From Utricularia gibba (lineage: Eukaryota; Plantae; Magnoliophyta): a stretch of 64,000 bases of DNA. The stretch lies in contig NEEC01000021.1 in NCBI GenBank assembly GCA_002189035.1, forward strand, positions 930,001-994,000. Reading direction: 5' to 3'. Below the pieces are notes generated by a model. The model did no database searches. It worked only from the letters and a program-made list of their open reading frames with translations, and was not told the DNA's origin. A program made the position numbers and the translations under genes. This document shows positions 1 to 11,760 of the stretch, in pieces (positions within the stretch are counted from its first letter, which is position 1; the number at the start of each line of letters is the position of its first letter).

Positions 1-300
1 GTTATTATTTCGTAGAACTGTCTAGGAAGCTGCGTGATCATTTTGTTTAGTGTTGATTAAGTTATTATTAGTTGGGGTTTGTCTTAGATTAGGTACACAG
101 TTTTAACTCCGCCAGTGCAACCTTGCACTGCCAGTCCCAAGCCTGGACGAAGGAGGAGGGAAGACTGGGTTATTAGGAAGTCGAATTTCTTGTCTTGGCG
201 TTTGCATTTGCTTTCATGTTCTGAGACTTTTATTTCTTGGTGTTGATGCTTCCAAGTTTTGTGTCCATGCTTGTTCTCTGGATGAGAATCTTGCAACTCT
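1..300 (+). mobile_element. Copy 1 of an ORF-less repeat carrying a twister ribozyme (left end runs off the window)
   Basis: Colinear similarity to about 24420-24810: upstream aagttat..agtt..tag..taggt, the ribozyme core, downstream attag..ag.cgaatt.cttgt, then tgttgatgctt.caag..ttgt..catxxxxxttctc.gGATGAGAATCTTGC (14 identical nt at 281-294 and 24794-24807). No TSD, LTR end or RT ORF found, so the class is uncertain. Confidence 0.6.
98..167 (+). ncRNA. Twister ribozyme, type P1 (copy 1); predicted cleavage between U104 and A105
   Basis: All elements present in order: P1 CAGUUU(98-103)/AAGACUG(161-167); L1 UAA; P2 CUCC(107-110)/GGAG(152-155); T2 GC(111-112)/GC(141-142); P3 CAGUGCA/UGCACUG(113-130); P4 CCAG(131-134)/CUGG(143-146); L4 UCCCAAGC; catalytic-position G156, then A157; T1 CCC/GGG(158-160). 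Matches the rice twister-P1 architecture as I recall it (..UAACACUGCC..GCCGGUCCCAAGCCCGGAUAAAAGUGGAGGG..). Confidence 0.9.
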
Positions 301-730
301 ACTGCTTATCATCCATTGATGGTTACCCATATCGGTAAACTTGGTTGTCTTCATTCCCTAAGCACCCATGTGTCTGTACCATTGACCCCTACCAACAAAC
401 AGGAATCACAGTCTCGGCTGGCCACGGCGGTGAGGAACTGTCAGTGCGTCCCAGCGCCGGCAGCCGAAGTTGCTGCTAGTGCAGGAAGCGCGTCAGGTGG
501 TGGGAGGAATAGCGCCTGCGGCTGAGCATAAAAGCTGAAACGTGTTGTGCCTTCTGCATGTTTTTATTACATAAAGCAATTTATTCAATTTGAGTTTAAT
601 TAGGCTATCCAACCTCATTTGGGCTTGCAGTGACGCTTGCATCTGTGATTTTAATAGGAGTTTAGGCTATGCATTTGCTTTCATATTCTCTCTTGTTTGT
701 TATGAGGTTGGGTCGTGCCTCCATACTTGC

Positions 731-982
731 CTGAGCTTCTATCTGGGGTGCCGCTCCAAACATTTCGCGAGCCGGATCACGTGTTAGGCTGGGCCGTGCC
801 CCTAGTGGGCAGGGCTTCTCTCTGGGTGGGGTCGCACCAAACATTGGGCTTGTCCGCATGAAATGTGAGCTGGGCCCTACACCTTACTGGTCTGAGCTTC
901 TATCTGGGTGGGGCCGCATCAAATGTGAGCCGGGCCGTACCCCTATAGTGGGCTGGGTTTCTATCTGGGTGGGGCCGCATTA
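731..982. repeat. Four degenerate GC-rich tandem units with core (g/t)ttctatctgggtggggccgcat
   Basis: Copies begin near 731, 811, 892 and 951. A second sub-motif aaatgtgagcYgggcc occurs at 861 and 921. Confidence 0.8.
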
Positions 983-1000
983 TGCCTAACATTATAATTA

Positions 1001-1310
1001 TGTTCTAGAAAATTTTTAGAACTTATTTTTATTTTTGAAAAAAGTAAAAAGTAAAAATAATTTATAAAAAATAAAAGTAAAAATGGATGTTCTAGAAAAG
1101 TATAAAATTTTTTATGGATTTATGTTGAAAAATAACAATAGAATACGAAAGTAGCTTATTTCTATTTTTTGAAAAACTATTTTTAAAGTGTAATACCAAA
1201 AATATTATTAGTAAAAGTAGAAATAAAAATAAGTGGTATTCTGGATTAAAATTATTTTTACTTTTTTAAAAATAAAAATAGGTTGTAAAAATTTTCTAGA
1301 ACACACCTTA
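1001..1310. mobile_element. AT-rich fold-back MITE (PIF/Harbinger, Tourist-like), left end eroded
   Basis: Left tgttctagaaaatttttagaacttatttttattttt.aaaaaagtaaaaa is the reverse complement of the right end (..ggttgtaaaaattttctagaacacacc), which is followed by tta. No ORF. Confidence 0.65.
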
Positions 1311-1634
1311 TGTTATTTTAGAAAAATGAAAAGGAATAAAAGCATTTATTTTAAATTCATATAATTGCTATTTTAAAAAAATGGCATTTTTACATTTTAG
1401 TAAATAAGCATTCCGCATAATTATTACTTTTTTTTTGTTTTACTAGTGATTGATGAATAATAAAATATGTCCATTTTTGTTGGCAGGAACGAAGAGTCAC
1501 CTGTTTCAACGGACATCCATTGAATTGAACATCCATGTTTTTCCGTGGAGTCAATGGTATGTGATTCTTCCTCCCAATTCTCTTCTCCATGGCGCTGAGT
1601 TCATCTCCTGAAACCTCCTCATAGCATCGGAAAA

Positions 1635-4226
1635 ATGTCTAATGCCACCGTCGTTCCGTTCGATCGGGCGCACCAGACGATCATCTGCTACGCTCCCAAG
1701 TACATATCTACCAGAGGCGTATGGCAGGGGGACAACCCTTTGGATTTCGCGTTGCCCACCATTCTTCTGCAACTCATTCTCATTATTTTCATCACCCGCA
1801 TCCTCGTCTACCTGATGAAGCCCCTCCGGCAGCCCCGCGTCGTTCCCGAGATTCTGGTAAGAGAAATTATGATGATGAGCGATTGGAATGGGATGCCTGA
1901 ATGCTGTCCTGAGTTTGGTTGTGTGATGGGTGACAGGGAGGAATCATCTTGGGGCCGTCGGTGCTGGGGAGGAGCATCGTCTTCGCAGATGCGGTGTTTC
2001 CGTTAAGGAGTGTGATGATCATGAACACGATGGCGAATGTGGCTCTTCTGTACCAGCTTTTCCTGTTAGCTTTAGAAATGGATATCATGGTGGTGAAACG
2101 CATCGAACGGAAGGCGGTGGTCATCGCCATCGCCGGCATGGTGCTTCCATTTCTCATCGGCATCTCCTTCGCTCTCTTGATCCATACCAGAGTCCGGTAC
2201 CTGAAGCTTAGCACTTTCCTCCTCTTCGTCGGCGTGGTCCTCTCCGTCACAGCCTTCCGGTGCTCACCCGCCTCTTAGCGGAGCTCAAGCTCCTCAACAC
2301 CGAGATCGGGAGAGTGTCCCTGTCGACCGCCCTTGTCAGTGATTTCTTCGCGTGGGCGCTGCTGGCGTTCGCCATCGCCATAGCAGAGAACGATGAGCAG
2401 TCATCGATCTCCTTCTGGGTCATCCTCACCGCCGTCCTCTTCGTACTCTTCCACATCTGCGCCGTCCGCCCCCTTGTCATGTGGGTCATCAGAACAACCC
2501 CAGAAGGCGAATCCGTCAGCGAGCTCTGCCTCTGCCTCATCATGTGCGCCGTGATGATCTCCGGCTTCCTCGCCGACGCCATCGGCATGAACTCCTGCTT
2601 CGGCGCCTTCATGATGGGGCTCGTCATCCCCAACGGCCCTCTGAACGTGACCCTCATTGAGCGGCTCGAGGACTTCACTTCCACAGTCATGATGCCCCTC
2701 TTCTTCGCCATGATCGGACTCAAAGTCGACATCTTCTCTGTGTACGAGGCGTGGATATGGATCAGCTTGGGCTTCGTCATCATCCTCGCCAGTGTTGGGA
2801 AGATTGCAGGAACTCTGCTTCTTTCTCTGCACTACAAGATTCCCTTCTACGACGGCTTGACTCTTGGCATGCTGATGAACACAAAAGGGCTTGTTGAAAT
2901 GATCGTCCTCAACGTGGGGAGAGATCAGAAGGTGCGGAATTTCAGACTGATTACATGTTACAGAACGAAGCATAAGATCGTGTGTCTCCATTTTTGCAGG
3001 TTTTGGATGTTAAAGCTTTCTCTGTGATGGTGATTGCGGTGGTGGTGATGACGACTCTGATCACTCCTTTAGTCGGCGTGATGTACAAGCCCAGCAAGAG
3101 ATATGCCCACTACAAGAGGAGGACGATGCAGAGAGCGAAGCAGGAAGGGGAGTTCCGAGTTCTGGTTTGCGTCCACATGGCGAGAAACGTGCCCACCATC
3201 ATCAACCTCCTGGAAGCTCTGCATCCCAACAAGAAGTCTCCCATCTTCGTCTCCCTTCTCCATCTAGTGGAGCTCGCCGGACGGACATCGGCGATGATGG
3301 TCGGCGACAACCACGTCACCGGCGCGAACCACATGCACAGCCAATCGAACCACATCGTCAACGCCTTCGAAAACTTCCGGCACCACGTGAGCCACATCTC
3401 CATCAACTCCCTCACCGCTGTCTCTCCCTACTCCACCATCCACGAAGACGTGTGCAATGTGGCGGAGGATCAGCACTCCGCCTTCATCATCATCCCGTTT
3501 CATAAGCATCAGACTGTCGACGGCGGGATGGAGACCAGCAACCCGGCTTTCAGAGCAATCAACCAGAATGTACTGGCCACCGCCCCTTGCTCTGTCGGGA
3601 TCCTCGTCGACCGGGGACTCTCCGGGTCGATGAGATTGACCGGCTCCCAGTTGTCGCAAAGCGTGGCTGTCCTCTTCTTCGGCGGGCCGGACGACCGAGA
3701 GGCATTAGCCTGTGGGTGGCGGATATCTGAGCATCCCAACATCAACCTCACCGTGATTCGATTCCTGTGCGGCGTCCCTCAACGGAGCTTCTCCCGTACA
3801 GAAAGTGAGATTCTGACGATCTCCACGAGCGAAATCGACAGGGAAAGAGAGCTGGACGAGAACTACATCAGCGAATTCAGAGCAAGAACAATGTCGGATC
3901 CATCGATTTTTTTCACCGAAAGAGTAGTGAGCCATGGGGAAGAAACGGTTGCAGCTATACGATCAATAGATTCAACCCATGATTTGTTCATCGTGGGTCG
4001 CGGCCAGGGAATAGAAACCCCGGTGACGGCGGGGTTGACGGACTGGAGCGAGTGCCCGGAGCTGGGGCCGATCGGAGATTTGTTGGCAGCGTCGGATATT
4101 TCAGCAAGATACTCCGTTCTTGTGGTGCAGCAGTATCTGGGAATAGAGGCCTATGGAGATTGGACAGCGGTGCAACCCGGAAGCCCGAATCAATATGAAA
4201 TGGGCCCGGTCCGACCGGCAGTGTAA
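1635..4226 (+). CDS. CHX: Cation/H+ antiporter (CPA2, CHX15-like); 3 exons (1635-1856, 1937-2931, 3000-4226); apparent -1 frameshift at 2257-2258
   Basis: Motifs GVWQGDNPLDFALP, GLTLGMLMNTKGLVEMIVLNVG, APCSVGILVDRG, ECPELGPIGDLL; GT-AG introns. The frame switches from SVTAF to VLTRLLAELKLL with no intron between. Confidence 0.93.
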
Positions 4227-4698
4227 TTAATAATTTTTTTAACATCAGATAAATTATTTTTTAAATTCTCATTTAATTTAAATTATTAAATTTTTATGAA
4301 ATATTAAGTATCTAGTTGGTGTTATTTTTTCGAAGAATAAAGAATATTATTTGTATATTTAATTTTGACTATAATCAATGTAAATCACATTTGAGTGATA
4401 AATTATTTTATTTAAATAATAATTTTTATAAATAATAAAATGTGTAAAAAATAAATTGAGTTTAATATTAATAAGTAAGAAAGATTAGAGGCTGTTCTAG
4501 TAAATAATATATTTGATGTATAGAGTTTATTAAAGAAATTAATTTTTTTTTAATAATAAGAATATTTAATAAATGTTATAAATCACTCTCAAATTTATTT
4601 ATAATTTTTTAATTTTATATATTTTTAAATTTTTAATACAAAGATTAAAAGTAGGTTACACAGGTTGTGCTTATGTAATAAGGATGACTGGTAGTAGA

Positions 4699-5706
4699 TC
4701 ACACCGTTTCGATTTTGCCGCGCTGCTGCGCCCGCCGGGAATTACGCTGCCTCCGTTGCCGGTAAGCAAAAGCACCGGCGCCGACCAGACACGCCACTCC
4801 GATGACTGCGAAGACCAACTCAGCCTCACCGCCTTCGATTTCACGGGACCTGTCCTCCTCACGCTGCTGCTGTATGAGCAACTCTTCTTTCTTCCGGACC
4901 GGAGCTTTTTGTACCTTTTCAGTATGATTGGAGTTCGCCTGTTTCTCTTCACGGTAGCGGGAAGAGGGAGGAGTCGGAGCTGGTTCATCGCTTTCAGGTT
5001 TGTCGTCATCGGGCTTCTGCTGTATGATTATGTCTTCTTCCTTGTCTTTCGGCTGGGTCTCTTCTTCGCTTCTTCTGTCTCCTGGCTTATCGTTATCATC
5101 GAGGTCGGACGCTTCATCGTGGGGAGATGTAGTTTTAGTGTCTTTTGAGGTTTCAGTCTGCGGTGGAGAGGTTGTCGTTGAATTTTTCTCCCCAGAAGCC
5201 ACTGTGTCCGTTGGCGGAGATGGGACTGGAGGTGAAGGCGGAGATGTGGCCTCCGATCCGTTGGTGGGTCCCGACTGCTTCCCTGGCGGCGAAGGCGGAG
5301 ACGTAGCCTGCGTTTCGTTGGCTGGTTGAACCAACGGTTCGGGCTGCTTCGCCTCAGGCGAATTCGGAGACGCGACCTCCGATTCGTTTGCGGGTCCCGA
5401 CTGCACCGCCGAAGGCGAAGGCGGAGACGTACCCTGCGTTTCGTTGCTGGGTAGACGCAACGCAACGGGCTGCGTCGCCTGAGGCGAAGGCAGAGGCCCG
5501 GCCTCCGATTCGTTCGTGGGTCCCGACTGCGCCGCCGGAGGCGAAGACAGAGACGCAGCCTGCGTTTCGTTGGTGGGTTGACGCAACCCAGCCGGCTGCG
5601 ATGCAGTAGCGGAAGGCGGGGAATCTTCAGACAAAATTGTGATGGGAAACATCAGGAATGCGGCGGCGATGCAACCATACACAAGATTACGATGAATCCA
5701 ATTCAT
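4699..5706 (-). CDS. Single-exon Pro/Ser/Thr-rich type-I membrane glycoprotein with 3 x 42-aa ectodomain repeats (an upstream in-frame ATG exists at 5871)
   Basis: Hydrophobic N-terminus after MNWIHR; repeats with 126-bp period (cgtttcgt at 5311, 5437, 5563); many N-x-S/T sequons; TM segment LVFAVIGVACLVGAGAFAY followed by a basic tail. Confidence 0.75.
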   Translation of the reverse strand: MNWIHRNLVYGCIAAAFLMFPITILSEDSPPSATASQPAGLRQPTNETQAASLSSPPAAQSGPTNESEAGPLPSPQATQPVALRLPSNETQGTSPPSPSAVQSGPANESEVASPNSPEAKQPEPLVQPANETQATSPPSPPGKQSGPTNGSEATSPPSPPVPSPPTDTVASGEKNSTTTSPPQTETSKDTKTTSPHDEASDLDDNDKPGDRRSEEETQPKDKEEDIIIQQKPDDDKPESDEPAPTPPSSRYREEKQANSNHTEKVQKAPVRKKEELLIQQQREEDRSREIEGGEAELVFAVIGVACLVGAGAFAYRQRRQRNSRRAQQRGKIETV

Positions 5707-6428
5707 CTTTACGATGATCGAGACCGTACGGGCGGAGGAATGTGAGAAATAGTGAGAATTAGGGAACTGATAATGGGGGTGATAGATATTGGGAGAATAC
5801 TTTGACTTTGGAAATGAAGTCGGGGGCAGCGGCGGCGGCGACAACGGCGACGGCGGCAAATTCATATTCATTTATTAAACCTAAACAATCTGCTCACATG
5901 GGGAAGGTTTTATTGAAAATTAAAGCCCTAATTTTGTAGTTGGATAGGGGTGTTCTCTGTTTTAATGGAATCGATTTTAAAATTTTATGATTAAAATTAT
6001 TTTATATATTATAAAATTATTTATTCTAATAGATTAAAATTAGATTATAGAATTTGATACATTAAATTATATATTGTAAAAATTTAGTATAAATATAAAA
6101 TGTAATTTTTGGGATGTATAACAATAAATAAGTATATTTTTTATGTAATTTCAAAATAATATCTTAATAAATTCGATAATTTGAATTTATAATTTATATA
6201 TATAATGGATGAATATTAGAATCTACAAAATTAAAGAAAAATTCATTTTAATAAAGTATAATTACAGAACTGGCCCGACGATTATATGCATTGATTAAAG
6301 GGAAAATTTACGGGTAAAATGTTTATGGGCTTGTGATTCCGGCCCATTGGCCCAATTTCTGCTGTGAAAAATTAGCAACTGTCTGTCATTCTGTGGCTGA
6401 ACCTGGAGGAGGGATTGTTGGAGGGAAA

Positions 6429-8510
6429 ATGGCGGCTGGATCCAGGTAGCTCCCTCTTCTAAGAGTGCTAAACCTCAAGAATCCTATGCAAAGTTTGTCA
6501 ATTTTGTTGTTTTTCTCCGTATCTTAGTGAAAGAAAAATGAGGGGATTCAAGAGATGGATGAGGAGCAACGGCATAGAATGCAGCGATGCCATCCTTGTT
6601 TCAGCCCAAAATGGAGACGTTGTTGATTCCGCTGGTTCGCTTTCAATCTCCGTGAAGGCCGTGTGTGACTTAAAGGAGGGAGACGTGGTAGCAAGGATTC
6701 CTAAACAGAGTTGCCTTACCGTTAAAACTTCGGCTGCCCGCGAGCTTATCGGGGAAGCAGAGCTCGAGGGGAATTTAGCTATGTCCGTCGCGATCATGTA
6801 CGAGAGAAACCTGGGATCGGAGTCAAAGTGGTTCCAATATCTCCAAATATTGCCCCAATTCGAGCCAATTCCATTGCTCTGGACACCTAGTGACATTGAT
6901 TCTCTTCTCTCGGGAACTGAGATTCACAAGGTCAGTTTTCAACGCTTTGCAGTTCCTTGGAATGTTTCTGCTGAACTTACGCTGCTGCATTGTGTATTTC
7001 CTCGGAATTTACATGGAGAAATTAGGCAGGTAGTCAAAGAAGACAAATTGATTATGTATCAAGATTGGAAGCAATGCATTAGGCCACTTCTCGCCCTCGA
7101 TTCGCAGAAGCTGAACCCGGAATTCTTCACTTTTCATGAGTACCTTGCTGCCAGGAGCCTACTTGCGTCTAGGTCATTTCAAATAGATGAGTCGCATGGA
7201 TTTGGGATGGTCCCTTTAGCTGACCTGTAAGTCTATCCCATCTCATACTCCTGGATATCGGAAAAGGATCCAATGATCTGAGCTCGTGCTACTGGTTTCT
7301 ATAGTTTGGAGTTTCTTTTTGCTCAGGATTTTGAGCTGTTGCATTAAGCTATCCGATGTTGATTGAATAAGTTTGAATCTTTGCCCCCTGCAGTTTTTAG
7401 AGTCCCTTTTCTGTATGCACTGTCCTTCACTTCTCTTGGTGACTCCCTTTTGGCTGTTCTGGTTCTTTACATATCTGATGCTCATTGAATCAACTGTCTT
7501 ATGATAACCAGTTTTAATCACAAGACAGCTGCTGAGAATGTCCATCTCACATCAGTGTCCTGTTCTTCGGATTCTGAGGAAGATGCTGATAAGGAGGATG
7601 ATGGAGATGAAGAATCCATGTCTCCCGGTGTTCTAGACAGAACACCAAGTTTGAGTAGCAACATGGAGGTTTCATCCACTTCAGAAGGCGGATCGACTTT
7701 TATGGAAATGATCATTGTAAAAGATGTTAAAGCTGGAACAGAGGTGAGAAGGGCTTCCATTCCTTGCTCTTTTTGATGCTTCCACAAAATCAATTTTTGA
7801 TACCTATAACTGATGCATGTACGTGTTCATTTCAGGTCTTCAATACTTATGGGTTGTTGGGAAACGCTGCTCTCCTGCACAGATATGGCTTCACTGAACC
7901 TGATAACCCGTATGACATAGTGAACATAGATTTGGATCTTGTAGTTCAATGGAGTTCATCATTAATCACTTCACGCCAGAGTCGGAGGAGGTTTCGCCTC
8001 TGGAGAATGTTGGACTATCCAGAGTCCTCTTCCAGCCAGGATTTGGATTATTTTGAAATATCATCTGATGGGGAACCTCAGTCAGAGCTGTTGGTTCTCC
8101 TCTACATTCTATTGCTGCCAGAGGAGGACTTCCATGAACTAGAGTATGAACTTTCTCTCAGGAGAGAGGCAAAATCAAATCTGGGCCTCCCTTTTGTCGA
8201 GAGTGAAGGCTTCTTCTCTAACACAGATTGGAAAACAAGCAAGAAGCTGCTACTCATGCACAGAAGCATCTGCCAAGCTCTTCTTTCACTTGCAGATGCT
8301 AGAGAAGATATGTATGGTGGTGTGAACTCCCTAGACGATGATATCAGATCACTTAACAAACTTGCAGATGACCCTAAACTATATTACTCCACACTGTTGC
8401 GTATTGGTGAGAGGAAGATACTCAAAAAGCTTCGATCCACCATTGCATACAGTGCTGGTTGTATCCCGAGGACTCCTAGAGGAATGAATGATAAGAGGAA
8501 GAGAACTTGA
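6429..8510 (+). CDS. SET-domain protein lysine methyltransferase (SETD6/RKM3-like) with Rubisco-LSMT substrate-binding domain; 5 exons
   Basis: RGFKRWMRSNGIECSDA, GDVVARIPKQSCLT, SRSFQID..GFGMVPLADLFNHK, VFNTYGLLGNAALLHRYGF; canonical splice sites. Confidence 0.88.
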
Positions 8511-8913
8511 TGGGAAGTTTATTCACATTCTTATTGCAGGCATGTTCAAACATCAGTTCCATCTCAACTAATTGAAGTACTCCTGTATGAAGACAAAGCC
8601 GTTCAATTATAGTCCATGGTCCACGAAGTCAATCCAACTGGTGTCTTGGTTTTCCTGGAGCTTTTTCATTGGAGTATCGTACAATTGGCAGTTCCAATGG
8701 CTCCTCCCGGTGTTGTCAAGCAGAGGGGAAAGGTGAATGCCCGCTAGGGATCCCAGAATGGTCTTCTGTAGTTAGAAACTGAGGTGCACCTCTAGGAATC
8801 TGGAGATGAATAGCTTCCCCTGTTGACTTTCCAGAGGTCGACATTACACCAACTCTGAAAATCCATGAACTTGTCACCCCCAAAGTGGGGTTCTTCGCTA
8901 ATCCATCTGCTCT

Positions 8914-11039
8914 TCAAACAAACGTCGAGGAGGCTCTGTTTGCAATGCTTATGTTGCTGACGCCATTGCTCCTAAGAGAACTGGGATCAATCCCTGCTTT
9001 GTGAGCTGCCACCACTCCAATGGCCTCCCAGTAATTAGAAACCTTCATCTGCGAATAACACGATTTCAATGGTGGGCATGCAGCTCATATTAGATGTGTA
9101 ACGAAGATATGAAAGCAGCCATTACCACTTTAATCCCAAGCTTTTCAGGGGTGTCATCAAGAACAGTTTCATTCTCTTCCACTCCGATTAGAAGAGGCTT
9201 AAGTTCAGCAAGTGCACAAACATGAGGAAGGTAACGCGAAGGGACCAAAGATTATCATATGGAGTAGATCCTAAATGCATCTTACTCTTCTGTTAGGTTT
9301 CCTTCTAGCGAATGCAAGAGCTGCATCGCCAGCGAATGCATCGATGGGTAGGATCACGCTATCGACATCTTCACATACAATTCTCTGGGTTCCCCATGAA
9401 TCTGCATCTTTGACCGTGTACTGGGGCGCATTACTCAATCCAGCAAGCACACAGGGCAAGAATGTGTACCCAATCTGCCACTCCAGGCCACAATGAGCTC
9501 AATGTTAGGTATTTTAAGATGAGGTGATTAACAAATTATCAATGAGCCTTGCTTTTGCATGGAACTTTTTCATACTTTTGAAAAGGTTGCTACCATGGAA
9601 TTTAATTGGATGCTCACCTCTTCAGCAGCAGACTTTGGTGACACAGATGCACTCAAGGAAAAGGGCAGCACAGCAGGAGCGTGAGCGCAAGGAATCCTAA
9701 ATTTCTGAACAACTGCGTGGCTTATAACAGCTTCTACACCAGCCAATGCATCAATTCCCTGTTATTTCAAAAACCCAATTGCATTCATACCACTTTTATC
9801 TTTTAAAATGTTTAATAACAAGCTTGTTACAAGTATTGTTACCATGCCCTGTCGATAGCTTTCCTCATATTCACTATCATCATCAGGGAAGCGTGCCACA
9901 ACTGCTACAGCACTAACCCCAGATCTCTCTATCAGTGTCTCCACAGCTCTAAGCAGGGAATTGGGATTCTTTACTCTGCCAGTTGATTGCCCACTCTTTG
10001 GATCAATCCACTTCTCTACCTACAGCAGAAAGCAGATAATAAAGTGAACATGGTTTTGTGAATTGATGCAGGATTTTTTCTTGAACTAAGAAACACACTT
10101 TCTGAATCAGCTGGAATACAGTGACTAAGAATTGCGCAACTCCAATGTCACAAAGAAAAAACATTGATTTCAAATAACTATTAGCCAACAGAAAAAAAAA
10201 AACTAACATTTAGCATTACTTCATAGGCTAATGCAAACTGTACCTGCAGAGCCGCATCAGTCACCACACATTCTACAACAGGCAAACCAAGAGAGGCCCT
10301 TGCTGCATCAACTACCTGTAAATGCCGAAGAAGAAGCTCTCTTTCTATCCCAGCATCAAGAACTAAGCCAACCTATATCACATAGCAAGCATATCAAGGC
10401 CTCATTGATGAAAAAACCATAAATGAAAGTGTAGGAGACAATGTTAATAGGCACACCTTATTTTGATGAACGGGTTGCAGTGCCCAGAGACCTTCGGCAA
10501 ACCTATCCAGCGCATACCCTTCAACATACAGCACATTTGGCATTGGCCAGTAAAGCATTGCGGCATTGAGAACCTGAACAAATCACGTAAGTGGCCAATA
10601 AAAGATGCTTCCACTGTGAATTCCTCAGTTTTCTAGATACTATCATATCCTCTATCTCCTAAATAAGATTCTAACACTAGAAACATACATTTGGATGAGA
10701 AATCAGGCAATCAACAACCGAAGCCAGGGCTCGGGCCACAGGCAAAGCATCGCCGGCGTATCCTCCAATCTTCGCCGCTACTCCAGTTGGCACAATTAGA
10801 ACACTCGTGTATGGCCGCTTAACCTAAAAGCAATATGAAACATCCAGTTTACCATCACCAAACAGTTACTGCTCAAATAGTAGAAGCAACTGGTGCGTGA
10901 CTTTATTCGGAACAAAAGAGCTGGAGCATGAGACAGTCAAGTTCCGCGGTGGCTGTCGCTGATTCCGGTGACATTTCGGATTCCGCCAACCAAGAGAGTA
11001 CAGTGGACAACTGCTCGCCATTACCGCCCGGAGCTGCAT
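8914..11039 (-). CDS. DUF3326 family protein with likely plastid transit peptide; about 9 exons
   Basis: Spliced translation gives TSVLIVPTGVAAKIGGYAGDALPVARALASVVDCLISHPNVLNAA, GIDALAGVEAVISH, CAHAPA, SPKSAAEEIGYTFLPCVLAGLS, SNYWEAIGVVAAHKAGI, matching the cyanobacterial/plant DUF3326 family as I recall it. Start codon uncertain (11039 or 11021). Confidence 0.78.
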
Positions 11040-11760
11040 CCGCGGGCAGCAGTATCCGATAACAGCCGCCAAATAAATTACACAGAGAATAAAAATGCCC
11101 ATGGGCCAATTACAAGGAGAGTCCACTAAACAAGAAGATTTGGGCCTCCAATGGGCCTAAATAAAAAATTTCATCAATAAAAATTGATTATACTTAATAT
11201 TCAAATAATAAAAATAAAATGTATATGAATAAAAAATATTAAAAATTAAACATATATAATACATCAAACAATGAGAATCAACAATGCTAATAAAAATCGA
11301 ATATGCTATTTTAATCAAATAATTAAGATTAACTTCTTATCTTTCATGATGAATAGGTTAAAGAGACGAGTGTTGAAATTAGAGATTTGATGTACTTGAT
11401 GAATATATTTAAAGTTTAAGTATATAAAAAATATAAATTATATTATAAAATATTAAGTTCAATTAATAATTAGAACTTGAAAGAAGACTTATTTGTTGAT
11501 GTTTATATACTTACTAGCTTTCAATTTTGTACACACTTGTGCATGTGTATATTGAATTTTGCACTTTTGTAGTTAATTAAATATTAAATCCTATAATTCT
11601 CAATTTTAATTATTTTGTAATTAAGATGGCAAATTCTTCATTTGATATGATTTTTAGATTATGTGATTTTTGATCACATTACAAAATCAACTTCACCTGC
11701 TTGATGAAGTTACAAAAGGCAGCCACAACTGCATTAGGCGCATGCTCTCCCCTCCATATT

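Noticed and set aside
98-170. HDV-like ribozyme reading of the same motif (either strand)
   Set aside because: P3/P1.1 and the J4/2 catalytic C cannot be placed consistently; the twister-P1 fold accounts for every conserved base.
4671-5609. Overlapping alternative-frame ORFs across the Pro-rich gene, and similar shadow ORFs over CHX, TPD1-like and gamma-CAL
   Set aside because: Expected by-products of GC-rich or repetitive coding sequence; no independent motifs.
6400-6425. ctggaggaggg resembling the twister 3' segment
   Set aside because: The L4 UCCCAAGC, P4 and the 5' AACUCC strand are absent; it is the purine-rich 5'UTR of the SET gene.
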